The notes beneath the pieces are model-generated. The model was not told where the DNA came from, did not search any database, and was given only the letters and a program-made list of their open reading frames with translations. A stretch of 64,000 bases of DNA from Candidatus Zixiibacteriota bacterium (GTDB taxonomy: Bacteria > Zixibacteria > MSB-5A5 > GN15 > FEB-12). The stretch is from the NCBI GenBank assembly GCA_029860345.1, contig JAOUBJ010000003.1, forward strand, positions 68,709-132,708, written 5' to 3'. This document shows positions 53,572 to 62,093 of this stretch, one piece after another (position 1 is the stretch's first letter; each line of letters starts with the position of its first letter). The translations under genes and the position numbers were made by a program.

Positions 53572-53982
53572 ATGCGGTTATCACGCAAATCAGACTACGC
53601 CATCAGAGCCATTCGGCATATTTCAACTCTGGGCAGAGGCCAGCTTGGATCTATCAACTCCATCGCAGAAGGAGAACAGATACCTCGCGAATTCCTGGCC
53701 AAAATCCTCAAGGACCTCACACGCGGCGGTATCCTGGTTTCCTATCAGGGCGTCAAGGGTGGATATGCGATGGCTCGTGAGCCCAAGGAAGTCAGCTTTT
53801 TGAACGTCATCGAAGCCATTGACGGTCCCATTCATCTCAATCTCTGTACCGAACCGGATGGCTGTCGCTGTGAGCAGTTCAACACCTGTGACTTGAAAGG
53901 TTTCTGGGAGACGCAGGAAGGTACTTTCAAGAGAGCATTGGGCAAGCAGCACTTTGGCAAGTATCGCAAGGGCCGCAAGTAG
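53572..53982 (+). CDS. Rrf2-family transcriptional regulator with a C-terminal Cys cluster
   Basis: 136 aa. MRLSRKSDYAIRAIRHISTL...SINSIAEGEQIPREFLAKILKDLTRGGILVSYQGVKGGYAMA (wHTH). CTEPDGCRCEQFNTC are potential Fe-S ligands. Divergent from the ferredoxin gene. Confidence 0.85.
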   Translation: MRLSRKSDYAIRAIRHISTLGRGQLGSINSIAEGEQIPREFLAKILKDLTRGGILVSYQGVKGGYAMAREPKEVSFLNVIEAIDGPIHLNLCTEPDGCRCEQFNTCDLKGFWETQEGTFKRALGKQHFGKYRKGRK

Positions 53983-54021
53983 ATCATTCGGCCAACGCGC
54001 CTGATAGATCGAAGACGTGAG

Positions 54022-54058
54022 GACGGGTCGCCTTTGTCAGTGACCCGTCTTATTTTTT
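54022..54058 (+). terminator. Rho-independent-type terminator after the Rrf2 gene
   Basis: gacgggtc-gcctttgtcagt-gacccgtc followed by ttatttttt. Confidence 0.6.
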
Positions 54059-54216
54059 GGGACTTGTGCCTTCGCCGAGGCGCATGTTATATTCAACCAG
54101 AGAACCGGCCGGAATGCCACGCCGGTTCGACACGAGCACCGCGCGACATTCGGTGAAGATACGAACTTCCAGTCGACAGCGGTGTCTAAGAATAGAACCA
54201 ACCTGTTGTCAGGAGA

Positions 54217-55107
54217 ATGAGAATGGTAGATTTCAGTGATAAACAGCATCGTGTGAAAATCGGCCTGGCCGAAATGCTCAAAGGCGGCGTGATAATGGAT
54301 GTCACCAACGCCCAGCAGGCATCGATAGCCGAACAGTCCGGCGCAGTGGCCGTAATGGCCCTAGAGCGAGTCCCCTCCGATATTCGCGCTGATGGCGGCG
54401 TGGCCCGCATGGCCGACCCCGACGTTATCGACTCAATCAAAAAAGAAGTGTCCATTCCGGTTATGGCCAAATGCCGGATCGGACATTTTGCCGAGGCTCA
54501 TGTACTTGAAGCTCTGGAAGTGGACTTCATAGATGAGTCCGAGGTGTTAACCCCGGCCGATTACAAACATCATGTCGACAAATGGCCATTCAAGGTGCCG
54601 TTCGTGTGCGGTTGCCGCAATTTGGGTGAAGCCCTCAGACGAATCTCAGAAGGCGCCGCCATGATTCGCACCAAGGGTGAGGCCGGTACCGGTGACGTTT
54701 CCGAGGCGGTCAAACATCTGCGCGAGATCGGATCGGCCATGAAAACGCTCACCGTCATGCCCGATGAAGAGCTATACGGTGTGGCCAAGGAACACCGGGT
54801 GTCAATCGACCTGGTTCGCATGGTGGCCAAAACCGGTGTCCTGCCGGTACCGAATTTCGCCGCCGGCGGCATCGCTACACCGGCCGATGCGTCACTCTGT
54901 ATGTACCTCGGCGCCGAGGCGGTGTTTGTTGGCTCAGGGATTTTCAAGTCGGACAATCCCGAAGCAAGAGCCAAGGCTATCGTTGCCGCTGCCACACATT
55001 ACAAAGATGCAGCGATCGTGGCCGATGCCTCACGCGGTCTCGGTGATGCCATGAAAGGTATGCAGGTCGACAGCATTCCCGACGAGGAGCTGCTGCACAC
55101 CAGGTAG
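54217..55107 (+). CDS. pdxS: Pyridoxal 5'-phosphate synthase, lyase subunit PdxS
   Basis: 296 aa. Near-collinear with canonical PdxS as I recall it: [49 protein letters not shown]...[33 protein letters not shown]...[12 protein letters not shown]...[10 protein letters not shown]. Confidence 0.95.
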   Translation: MRMVDFSDKQHRVKIGLAEMLKGGVIMDVTNAQQASIAEQSGAVAVMALERVPSDIRADGGVARMADPDVIDSIKKEVSIPVMAKCRIGHFAEAHVLEALEVDFIDESEVLTPADYKHHVDKWPFKVPFVCGCRNLGEALRRISEGAAMIRTKGEAGTGDVSEAVKHLREIGSAMKTLTVMPDEELYGVAKEHRVSIDLVRMVAKTGVLPVPNFAAGGIATPADASLCMYLGAEAVFVGSGIFKSDNPEARAKAIVAAATHYKDAAIVADASRGLGDAMKGMQVDSIPDEELLHTR

Positions 55108-55315
55108 GCGCAGGCAAGCCCATTAATGGGTCTTACTCGCTTCGTGCGGCCGACGCAACGGAACGATTCTTCGGAGGGTGATAAATCACATTTTCGCACT
55201 CCGCGCCTTTCTCAACATAAGGGCATTGCTGCAATGCCACGGCATGTCAAAACCATAGCGGCGCAAAGACCCGCCGTGGCTTCAGCCGCAACAGTTGGAA
55301 CCAATGGAGGAATCA

Positions 55316-55606
55316 ATGCTACCCAAAGAACAGAAACAGACTTATGGCGCTTTCTACAGTGCGGCTCGCAACAACGATATCCTGCCGCCGGAAACCACCC
55401 TCATGATCCATCTGGCCGCAGCCATGGCTTCAGGATGCGGTCCCTGAATGCAACATTACTTTGGCGTGGCCAAAGAACAAGGTATCTCAGATGACGAGAT
55501 CGGCGCCGTGCAATCCATTGTTATGGCCGTTGTCTCCGGCAAGGTTCGCGCCCAGTTTCGTGATGCGCGGGTAGCAGCCAAAAAACAAGGAAAAGACGCA
55601 GAATGA
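55316..55606 (+). CDS. AhpD-like / carboxymuconolactone-decarboxylase-family protein with in-frame TGA at the second Cys of CxxC (selenoprotein candidate, 96 codons)
   Basis: Missed by the ORF track. GGAGG lies 5 nt before ATG 55316. Translation: MLPKEQKQTYGAFYSAARNNDILPPETTLMIHLAAAMASGCGP-TGA(55445-55447)-MQHYFGVAKEQGISDDEIGAVQSIVMAVVSGKVRAQFRDARVAAKKQGKDAE. The frame is continuous across the TGA. The stop TGA at 55604 overlaps the next gene's ATG as ATGA. Confidence 0.55.
55459..55475 (+). promoter_or_regulatory. SECIS-like hairpin
   Basis: ctttggc-gtg-gccaaag. A perfect 7-bp stem with a 3-nt G-first loop, 17 nt in total, starting exactly 11 nt after the in-frame TGA. Confidence 0.45.
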
Positions 55607-56562
55607 AATTGAATGTATTTATCATGTCGGTCGTCCTGTTGTCGGTACTGGTAGTTGGTGCGTTCGCTGAAGAGCCAGTTGTTCTCACCGGTCCTTACCT
55701 GGGTGAAGAGCCGCCGGGGGACAAGCCCAGGCTGTTCTCACCCGGGGTCGTCTCGACCGGCAAAGAACACAGTGCGGCTATGTTTACCGCCGACGGAACC
55801 GAGTTGTGGTTCGGTCGGATGTTCCCGGCGGCCATCTGGTACATGAAACAAGTCGATGGACAATGGACCGAACCCAAACTGGCGCCGTTTGCCCACCAGG
55901 CTGGTGAGTTGTACCCGTTTCTTGTGCCCAGCGGTGATCGTATTTTCTATAACACCATGCGTCCCCTAACCGAAGGCGGAGCACCGCTCAGGAACGATCA
56001 AGGACATCTGTGGTGTGTCGAGCGCACCGGGTCACAGTGGAAAAAACCAGAGTACCAAAACGCCCGCATAAACTCACTGGCCGGTCTGGCCTGCGGCTCG
56101 GTGGCTGAGAGCGGCACGATGTACCTAAGCGCCCGGACCACCTCCGATGGAAAACCAAACCACGATCTGTTCACATCAGAGTTGGTTGACGGTAGCTACA
56201 GCGAACCAGTGAATCTCGGACAAGTGATCAATAGCCCCGCCCCAGAATTCTGTCCCTTTGTAGCGCCCGACGAGAGCTATCTGATCTTCTCATCGTTCCA
56301 GGGTGGGAGCGGTTTGTCTGACCTGTTTATCAGTTATCGCAACCATGACGGTTCCTGGACCAAACCCAGAAACCTGGGTACTGCCATCAATTCCAGCGCC
56401 AAGGATGATTCCCCGTATGTCACGGCCGACGGAGAATACTTGTTTTTCAACAGCAACCGTCGCTCCGCGCTCAACAGTAGTCCTATCCCCGATGGACCGG
56501 GCAACATGTATTGGGTGAATACCAGCTTCATCGAACGTCTGAAACCCGAGGACATGAAATAG
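55603..56562 (+). CDS. Secreted PD40/TolB-like beta-propeller repeat protein
   Basis: 319 aa. Signal peptide MKLNVFIMSVVLLSVLVVGAFA. Repeats of the type FCPFVAPDESYLIFSSFQGG and DDSPYVTADGEYLFFNSNR. Confidence 0.5.
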   Translation: MKLNVFIMSVVLLSVLVVGAFAEEPVVLTGPYLGEEPPGDKPRLFSPGVVSTGKEHSAAMFTADGTELWFGRMFPAAIWYMKQVDGQWTEPKLAPFAHQAGELYPFLVPSGDRIFYNTMRPLTEGGAPLRNDQGHLWCVERTGSQWKKPEYQNARINSLAGLACGSVAESGTMYLSARTTSDGKPNHDLFTSELVDGSYSEPVNLGQVINSPAPEFCPFVAPDESYLIFSSFQGGSGLSDLFISYRNHDGSWTKPRNLGTAINSSAKDDSPYVTADGEYLFFNSNRRSALNSSPIPDGPGNMYWVNTSFIERLKPEDMK

Positions 56563-56597
56563 CGCCACGCACCGGCTGCGTGGCAGGTAGAAACTGA

Positions 56598-57674
56598 ATG
56601 CGTAAACTATCCATAGTAACCGTTGGTCTGATTTGTTTGGTCGTGTCTGCCTCGTTGTTTGCCGCCAGACGTGTCTGTGACAAATGCAAACAGCCTATCA
56701 CTAAAGGTAGCTGGGTCGAAGTCGACGGTAAGACCTATCACGGCAATCACTTTCTGTGCGATCATTGTTCGAAGCCGATAGGGAAAAAGCGTTTTTACGA
56801 ACACGAAGGAGGCAACTACGACAGCACCTGCTTCGCCGACCATGTTATCTTCCGGTGCGGCTATTGCTCCAAGCCGGTTCTAACCAGCTACGTTGGAGAC
56901 GACACCGCCTTATACCACACCACCTGCTTTTACGATCATGTCGTCGAAAGGTGTATGGTCTGTAAGAATGCGCTGACGGATTCACTCTATTACGACCCGT
57001 TTGGGAACAAGGTATGTTCCGATGACTTCGAGAGAATTCTGCGCTGTCAGTCATGCGCACGGTTTCTGAAAGATGCTCCCGGCATTGAGCATCTCAGATA
57101 CGCCGACGGACGTACAATGTGCGCCTCCTGTACGGAGACGGCTGTCACCGACCTGGATGAAGCTGAGTCTATTATGAAAGGTGTTACCAGGCGTCTCCGT
57201 GGCGAGGGAATCGATATAAAGCCCGAAGTCACGCTGCAACTGGTAACGCTTGACGAACTGGGTCTGCTGTCCGATCACTTCACGCACGACCAGATGGGTA
57301 TAACGATATTTGAGAAGCAGACTATAGAAGGCGGTAGCTGGTCGCATTCGGATTTTCAGATATGTATCCTGGTCGGCCTGCCGGCTTACCATTTCCGCGT
57401 CATCGTAGCGCACGAACTGATGCATGTCTGGATGTTCAACGAGGGACGGCCCGATCCGGAGGACTTGTTGCGCGAGGGAAGTTGCAACTATGCCGCCTAC
57501 CTGATCCTGCGTCGGGACTCATCTGAGAAGGGACAACTCCTTCTGGAACGATTCGTGAACGATGACCACCCTGTTTACGGCGAGGGTTTCCGCAAGGTGA
57601 AAACGTTCGTCGACAAAGCCGGCATCGAGGCATGGCTTGAGTATCTCACCACGTTCACCGACCCTCCCTGGTAA
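56598..57674 (+). CDS. LIM-type zinc-finger repeats fused to a DA1-like HExxH metallopeptidase domain
   Basis: 358 aa with a signal/anchor. CDKCKQPITKGSWVEVDGKTYHGNHFLCDHCSKPI...CFADH and two further Cys/His-rich units. C-terminal VIVAHELMHVWMFNEGRPDPEDLLREGSCNYAAYLIL resembles DA1 HEMMHAW...EEGICQV. Confidence 0.6.
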   Translation: MRKLSIVTVGLICLVVSASLFAARRVCDKCKQPITKGSWVEVDGKTYHGNHFLCDHCSKPIGKKRFYEHEGGNYDSTCFADHVIFRCGYCSKPVLTSYVGDDTALYHTTCFYDHVVERCMVCKNALTDSLYYDPFGNKVCSDDFERILRCQSCARFLKDAPGIEHLRYADGRTMCASCTETAVTDLDEAESIMKGVTRRLRGEGIDIKPEVTLQLVTLDELGLLSDHFTHDQMGITIFEKQTIEGGSWSHSDFQICILVGLPAYHFRVIVAHELMHVWMFNEGRPDPEDLLREGSCNYAAYLILRRDSSEKGQLLLERFVNDDHPVYGEGFRKVKTFVDKAGIEAWLEYLTTFTDPPW

Positions 57675-57675
57675 C

Positions 57676-57780
57676 ACGGTCAAGCCGTGTTCTTCGCGCA
57701 CTTCCTAACCTCATGCTGAGCGGAGTCGAAGCACGCACCACTCAGTCATTCCGGACTTTGATCCGGAATCCATCTTCGTC
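57676..57780. repeat. REP-like modules
   Basis: cacggtcaagccgtg. cctcatgctgagcggagtcgaagcacgcacc. cagtcattccggactttgatccggaatccatcttcgtc. Confidence 0.75.
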
Positions 57781-58146
57781 ATGTGACGCGAAGTCGTGAT
57801 ATGGTACACGGGGACAAAAGGTTGCAACGGATTGGGTTCGTTTTGGGTACTTTCGCTTTTCCCAACAACCCACCCCTGAGCAAATGGGTTCGTTTTGCAT
57901 AGTTACACGTTCGCATAATACATTCGGTAGTGAAATCGTCCGGGCACCAAGTTGCTTTCTCGCGCTCCGCGCATAGTCCCCGATCATTCCTGTAGGCCTG
58001 TAGTTGGTGTTCGAATGTCATCTCCTTTAAGGATGACGAGCAGCCGCGTTTTGGGAGGAGTTGGTGGTGTTTTTGTGATGTCCTGGAAACCCACCGCGAG
58101 CGGATGGGCTGCCTGTCCTCGGGCCGAGAAGGGACGAACCGAATGC

Positions 58147-58175
58147 TTGACTGACAACTTATGCCAACGTATTAT
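58147..58175 (+). promoter_or_regulatory. Sigma-70-like promoter candidate for the GNAT fusion gene
   Basis: TTGACT (58147-58152), a 17-nt spacer, then TATTAT (58170-58175), about 25 nt before ATG 58201. A second TATAAT lies at 58181-58186. Confidence 0.3.
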
Positions 58176-58200
58176 GGGATTATAATAAAGGGATTACTCC

Positions 58201-60297
58201 ATGAAGATCGAGACTTTGGGAGCCTCAAGTGAATTGTTCAAGCAAGTAATCGAGCTTGGGAACAAGAACAGTGCTACACTAGGGTTTATCCCAAAGGGTG
58301 CAATCGGAGAAAAGGCCGATGAAGACAAACTTCTGGTGGCGATTGAGAAGGGCAAGGTTCAAGGGTATCTCTTGTTCGACTTCAAGCTGAGTACGCGAAC
58401 GGCGCGGATAGTTCATCTTTGTGTTGAGAAGGAGAGGCGAGGACACGGAATAGCAAAGCGGCTTTTTCGTGAGCTGGAAGCGACGGTTGGAGATATGGTT
58501 GTTGGCATTAGGGTGCACTGTCGTATAGACTACGAGGAGGCTGCCGTTTGGCCAAAGCTCGGCTTCACTCGATGTGGCACGATACCGGGGCGAAGCAAGG
58601 CTGGAAGTGAGCTCGGCGTTTGGCGCAAGGATACTCCGCTGCCTAGCCTGTTTGACCCGGCCATAGTAACACAAGACACAAGACTACGTGTTGCGCTAGA
58701 CCACAACATCCTTGCAGATTCAATGAAACCCTGCTCTGATGCAACAAGCGGCGCGCATGCCGTCATGGCCGATTGGCTGCCAGAAGTGATTACGTTCTAT
58801 GTGACTCCAGAGATCTTCGAAGATATAGCGCGCGATCCGATAGCCGATCGAGGTGCGAAGACCAAGAGGATGGCTCAGTCATTTGCAAGGATAGCTCGAG
58901 CGTCAGAATTATTCGATGAGTGTAGACACAAAGCAGAAACGCTGTTTCCAGCTCCTCGAAGCGCACAAACCGAATCAGACCTTAGACATATCGCATGGTG
59001 TTGGGCCGGGACAATACAGTACTTTGTCACCAGTGACAGGGAACTCATTCAGAAAAGTAGTGACGTTTACGATCTAACTGATGTCAGAGTGCTACACCCA
59101 GCTGACTTTATTTCTCGGCCTGACAGCCTATTGAGATCAGCAGAGTATCAACCCAAACGCTTTTCAGAGTCGGAACTTCGAATCCGTCGTGTGACAGGGG
59201 ACGATCTTGATGGTATTGAGTCGTCAGTAGCGGATTTGGGGCTGGAAGGGAAGAAGGAGTTTCTGAGGAAGCTTAGACTTCAAATGACACAGCCAGAGCA
59301 GAGGATTACTCAACTCATACTCCATGGAAATACTGTTCTGGCTTTGGTGAGTTGGGAGATCGTCGGGCAGCAGAGACTGTTGGTGCACCTTCTAAGGCTC
59401 GCACCAAGTGAATCGGATAAAACTGTCGCACTGGGAATTGTGAATTGGCTGATTGCTGAATGTCGTTCTAGCAATCTGGAATGCCTCGAAATCGTGGACT
59501 CACACATGACCTCCACGTTGACCAGAGCCTGTTTTGAGTTTGGGCTATTCCAGGAGAAAAGAAAATTGTTTCGATGGGTCGGACAGGGTCGATACGATTC
59601 GAAGGGTGTCAAGACGGCAATTACCGCCCCGAGTTTGCGGTTGACCATTCCACAGAAATACGCAACAACTGTAAAGAGTCAACTAGAGCGAGCAATTGGC
59701 GCCAAAGATATATCTCTCTTACACCAACTTGAGAAACAATTATGGCCTACAAAGCTCAGAGAATTGGAGCTACCGACTTGGGCAGTTAGCATTCGGTCGC
59801 AGTATGCCATGCACTTATTTGATCAAGGTATCGCGGAAGGTGACCTTTTCGGCGGAAGGGCGAAGCTACTTCTCAATATCGAAAACGTGTACTATCGCTC
59901 GGCCACAGTTAGACGACTAAAAGCGCCGGCACGAATCCTGTGGTACGTGAGTAGAGGGCAGGGTCGATATCACGGTAGTAAAGCTATCAGGGCTGCGTCC
60001 TATCTTAATGAAGTACACATAGGTGATCCAAAAACACTTTTCAATTGGTTCCAACATCTAGGCATTTATCGTTGGGAAGATGTTAAACACACAGCGATGA
60101 AGAGAGCCTCTGGGGAGCTTATGGCATTGGTCTTTAGCCACACAGAGATTTTCGACAATCCAATCCCGCGATCCGACCTGAACCAGTTTTGGCAGCAGGA
60201 GAGAGGGCGCAATTTTTATATTCAGCAACCGATCGAAATCCCCGATAATCTGTTCTGGAAGATATATAACCTAGGAATTGGACGATCCGATGAATAA
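58201..60297 (+). CDS. Multidomain protein: N-terminal GNAT acetyltransferase, PIN-like domain, second GNAT-like region, C-terminal ASCH/PUA-like region
   Basis: 698 aa. GNAT motif A: ARIVHLCVEKERRGHGIAKRLFRELE...WPKLGF. PIN-like acidic positions: RVALDHNIL, ITFYVTPEIFEDI, ESDLRHIAWCWAGTIQYFVTSDRELI. The C-terminal ILWYVSRGQG...KAIRAASYLNEVHIGDPKTLF...MALVFSHTEIFDNPI pattern parallels the downstream ASCH protein. Confidence 0.5.
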   Translation: MKIETLGASSELFKQVIELGNKNSATLGFIPKGAIGEKADEDKLLVAIEKGKVQGYLLFDFKLSTRTARIVHLCVEKERRGHGIAKRLFRELEATVGDMVVGIRVHCRIDYEEAAVWPKLGFTRCGTIPGRSKAGSELGVWRKDTPLPSLFDPAIVTQDTRLRVALDHNILADSMKPCSDATSGAHAVMADWLPEVITFYVTPEIFEDIARDPIADRGAKTKRMAQSFARIARASELFDECRHKAETLFPAPRSAQTESDLRHIAWCWAGTIQYFVTSDRELIQKSSDVYDLTDVRVLHPADFISRPDSLLRSAEYQPKRFSESELRIRRVTGDDLDGIESSVADLGLEGKKEFLRKLRLQMTQPEQRITQLILHGNTVLALVSWEIVGQQRLLVHLLRLAPSESDKTVALGIVNWLIAECRSSNLECLEIVDSHMTSTLTRACFEFGLFQEKRKLFRWVGQGRYDSKGVKTAITAPSLRLTIPQKYATTVKSQLERAIGAKDISLLHQLEKQLWPTKLRELELPTWAVSIRSQYAMHLFDQGIAEGDLFGGRAKLLLNIENVYYRSATVRRLKAPARILWYVSRGQGRYHGSKAIRAASYLNEVHIGDPKTLFNWFQHLGIYRWEDVKHTAMKRASGELMALVFSHTEIFDNPIPRSDLNQFWQQERGRNFYIQQPIEIPDNLFWKIYNLGIGRSDE

Positions 60298-60739
60298 ACT
60301 GGATTCCAGCCGGTCAGCCATTTTTTCAATCAAGCCCAAATTTATATCCCTGATCTTTTCAGGGTTAAAGACTGTTGAATTGCGAAGAACGAAGCCACTT
60401 CGAATAAGGAAAGGCACGCGGATTTTCTTCTGGGAGACTTCACCGAGTAAACAACTCGCTGGATTCGCCCACGTAGAGGCAATCATATCTGCCCCCGTTG
60501 AGAAACTGTGGACAATTGTCTCTGAACACGCTGGCGTCACTCGAGAGGAGTTCGATGCCTATTTTGAAGGCTCAGACTTGGGCGTGGCAGTGTTCCTTTC
60601 CGACGCTACAGAATTCCGAAAGAAACCACAACTCTCCGTTCTTCGAAAACACCTCGGATTCATGCCGCCACAGAGCTTTCGCTATGTATCGGCATCTGAA
60701 TCAAGATATATCGGACGTCGAGCCAGTTCGGCTGCGTGA
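60278..60739 (+). CDS. ASCH-domain protein
   Basis: 153 aa. AIFSIKPKFISLIFSGLKTVELRRTKP...RIFFWETSPSKQLAGFAHVEAIISAPVEKLWTIVSEHAGVTREEFDAYFEGSDLGVAVFLSDATEF. Overlaps the upstream gene by 20 nt, or 8 nt if the start is ATG 60290. Confidence 0.6.
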   Translation: MDDPMNKLDSSRSAIFSIKPKFISLIFSGLKTVELRRTKPLRIRKGTRIFFWETSPSKQLAGFAHVEAIISAPVEKLWTIVSEHAGVTREEFDAYFEGSDLGVAVFLSDATEFRKKPQLSVLRKHLGFMPPQSFRYVSASESRYIGRRASSAA

Positions 60740-60745
60740 CCCCCC

Positions 60746-62080
60746 TCACCTAACCTTCCCCTCCAAAAACTCGACGATCTCGGGAGCTTTCATGCGCGTT
60801 TGGTCCATAGAGTCGCGGTCGCGCAAGGTCATGGTCTCATCTTCCAAAGTCTGGCCGTCGATAGTGATGCAATACGGCGTACCGGCTTCGTCCATTCGCG
60901 CATAACGCCGACCAACAGCGCCGGAGACATCGTAGAAGACTTTGAACTGCTTTTTGAGATTGTTGTAGACCTTCTCGGCAAACTCAGGCATGCCGTCTTT
61001 TTTGACCAGCGGAAGGACAGCCGCTTTGATCGGCGCCACCTTCGGTGACAAACGCAAGAAGACCCGTTTCTCACCCTTGATCTCAACTTCGTCGTAGGCA
61101 TCGCACAACAAAGTCAGCAATGTCCGGTCACACCCGGCTGAGGTCTCAACAATGTAAGGCACAAACTTTTCTTCGAACCGTTCGTCTTTGTAACCCATGT
61201 CTTTGCCGGTCGCTTCCTGATGTCGTCCGAGATCAAAGTCGGTCCGGTTGTGCACACCTTCGAGTTCCTGCCAGCCGAACGGAAACTCATACTCGACATC
61301 GTAGGCCGCTTTGGCATAGTGGGCCAGTTCGTCCGGTCCGTGCTCTTTCCAGCGGAGTTTACTCATGTTGAGACCCAGCGACTGATACCACTCCCAGCGC
61401 TGTTGTTTCCAATAGTCGAACCACTTTTCATCTTCTGATGGATGCACGAAGAACTGCATTTCCATCTGTTCGAACTCGCGGGTACGAAAGATGAAATTGC
61501 CCGGCGTGATTTCGTTGCGGAAAGCCTTGCCGATCTGCGCAATTCCGAATGGTATCTTTTGGCGCGAGGAGTTTTTGACGTTGAGGAAATTTACATAGAT
61601 ACCCTGCGCGGTTTCCGGGCGCATGTAGATAGTGTTGGAGCTATCTTCGACCGGACCCATGAACGTTTTGAACATCAGGTTGAACTGTTTCACCTCGGTC
61701 AGGTCGCATTGGTGTTCCACCGGACTTTTCGACGGTTTGTTGGGGCAGCGGGCCTGATCGAGCTGGTCGGCCCGGAACCTCGCCTTGCAGGTGCGGCAGT
61801 CGACCATGGGATCATTGAACTCAGCCACATGACCGGAAGTGTGCCAGACCTGGGGATGCATCAGAATTGCGGCGTCGAGACCTTCGATGTCGTCGCGACG
61901 ATTGGTCATGGCATCCCACCAGTAGTTCTTGAGATTGCGCTTCAACTCCGCGCCCAGCGGACCGTAGTCCCAGCAGGAAGTGAGACCTCCGTAGATTTCC
62001 GATGACTGAAAAATGTAGCCGCGCCGCTTGCACAGCGACACCAGTTTTTCCATCGTATCGTTTTCGTTCTTCTTGGCCAT
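60746..62080 (-). CDS. glyQS: Glycine--tRNA ligase (dimeric GlyQS type)
   Basis: 444 aa. MEKLVSLCKRRGYIFQSSEIYGGLTSCWDYGPLGAELKRNLKNYWW, FRNEITPGNFIFRTREFEQMEMQFF, and a C-terminal anticodon-binding region. Confidence 0.95.
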   Translation of the reverse strand: MAKKNENDTMEKLVSLCKRRGYIFQSSEIYGGLTSCWDYGPLGAELKRNLKNYWWDAMTNRRDDIEGLDAAILMHPQVWHTSGHVAEFNDPMVDCRTCKARFRADQLDQARCPNKPSKSPVEHQCDLTEVKQFNLMFKTFMGPVEDSSNTIYMRPETAQGIYVNFLNVKNSSRQKIPFGIAQIGKAFRNEITPGNFIFRTREFEQMEMQFFVHPSEDEKWFDYWKQQRWEWYQSLGLNMSKLRWKEHGPDELAHYAKAAYDVEYEFPFGWQELEGVHNRTDFDLGRHQEATGKDMGYKDERFEEKFVPYIVETSAGCDRTLLTLLCDAYDEVEIKGEKRVFLRLSPKVAPIKAAVLPLVKKDGMPEFAEKVYNNLKKQFKVFYDVSGAVGRRYARMDEAGTPYCITIDGQTLEDETMTLRDRDSMDQTRMKAPEIVEFLEGKVR

Positions 62081-62093
62081 GCGTCTCTTTCTA

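Noticed and set aside
55108-55315. Missing pdxT next to pdxS
   Set aside because: PdxT is often encoded adjacent to pdxS, but an unlinked pdxT or ammonia-dependent PdxS activity is common enough. Absence from this window cannot be interpreted.
55126-55494. 122-aa plus-strand ORF overlapping the AhpD-like region in another frame
   Set aside because: It starts inside a repeat module (55175-55207), lacks motifs and has an Arg/Ala/Thr-biased, GC-frame-shadow-like composition. The alternative frame gives a clean CMD-domain protein with an SD.
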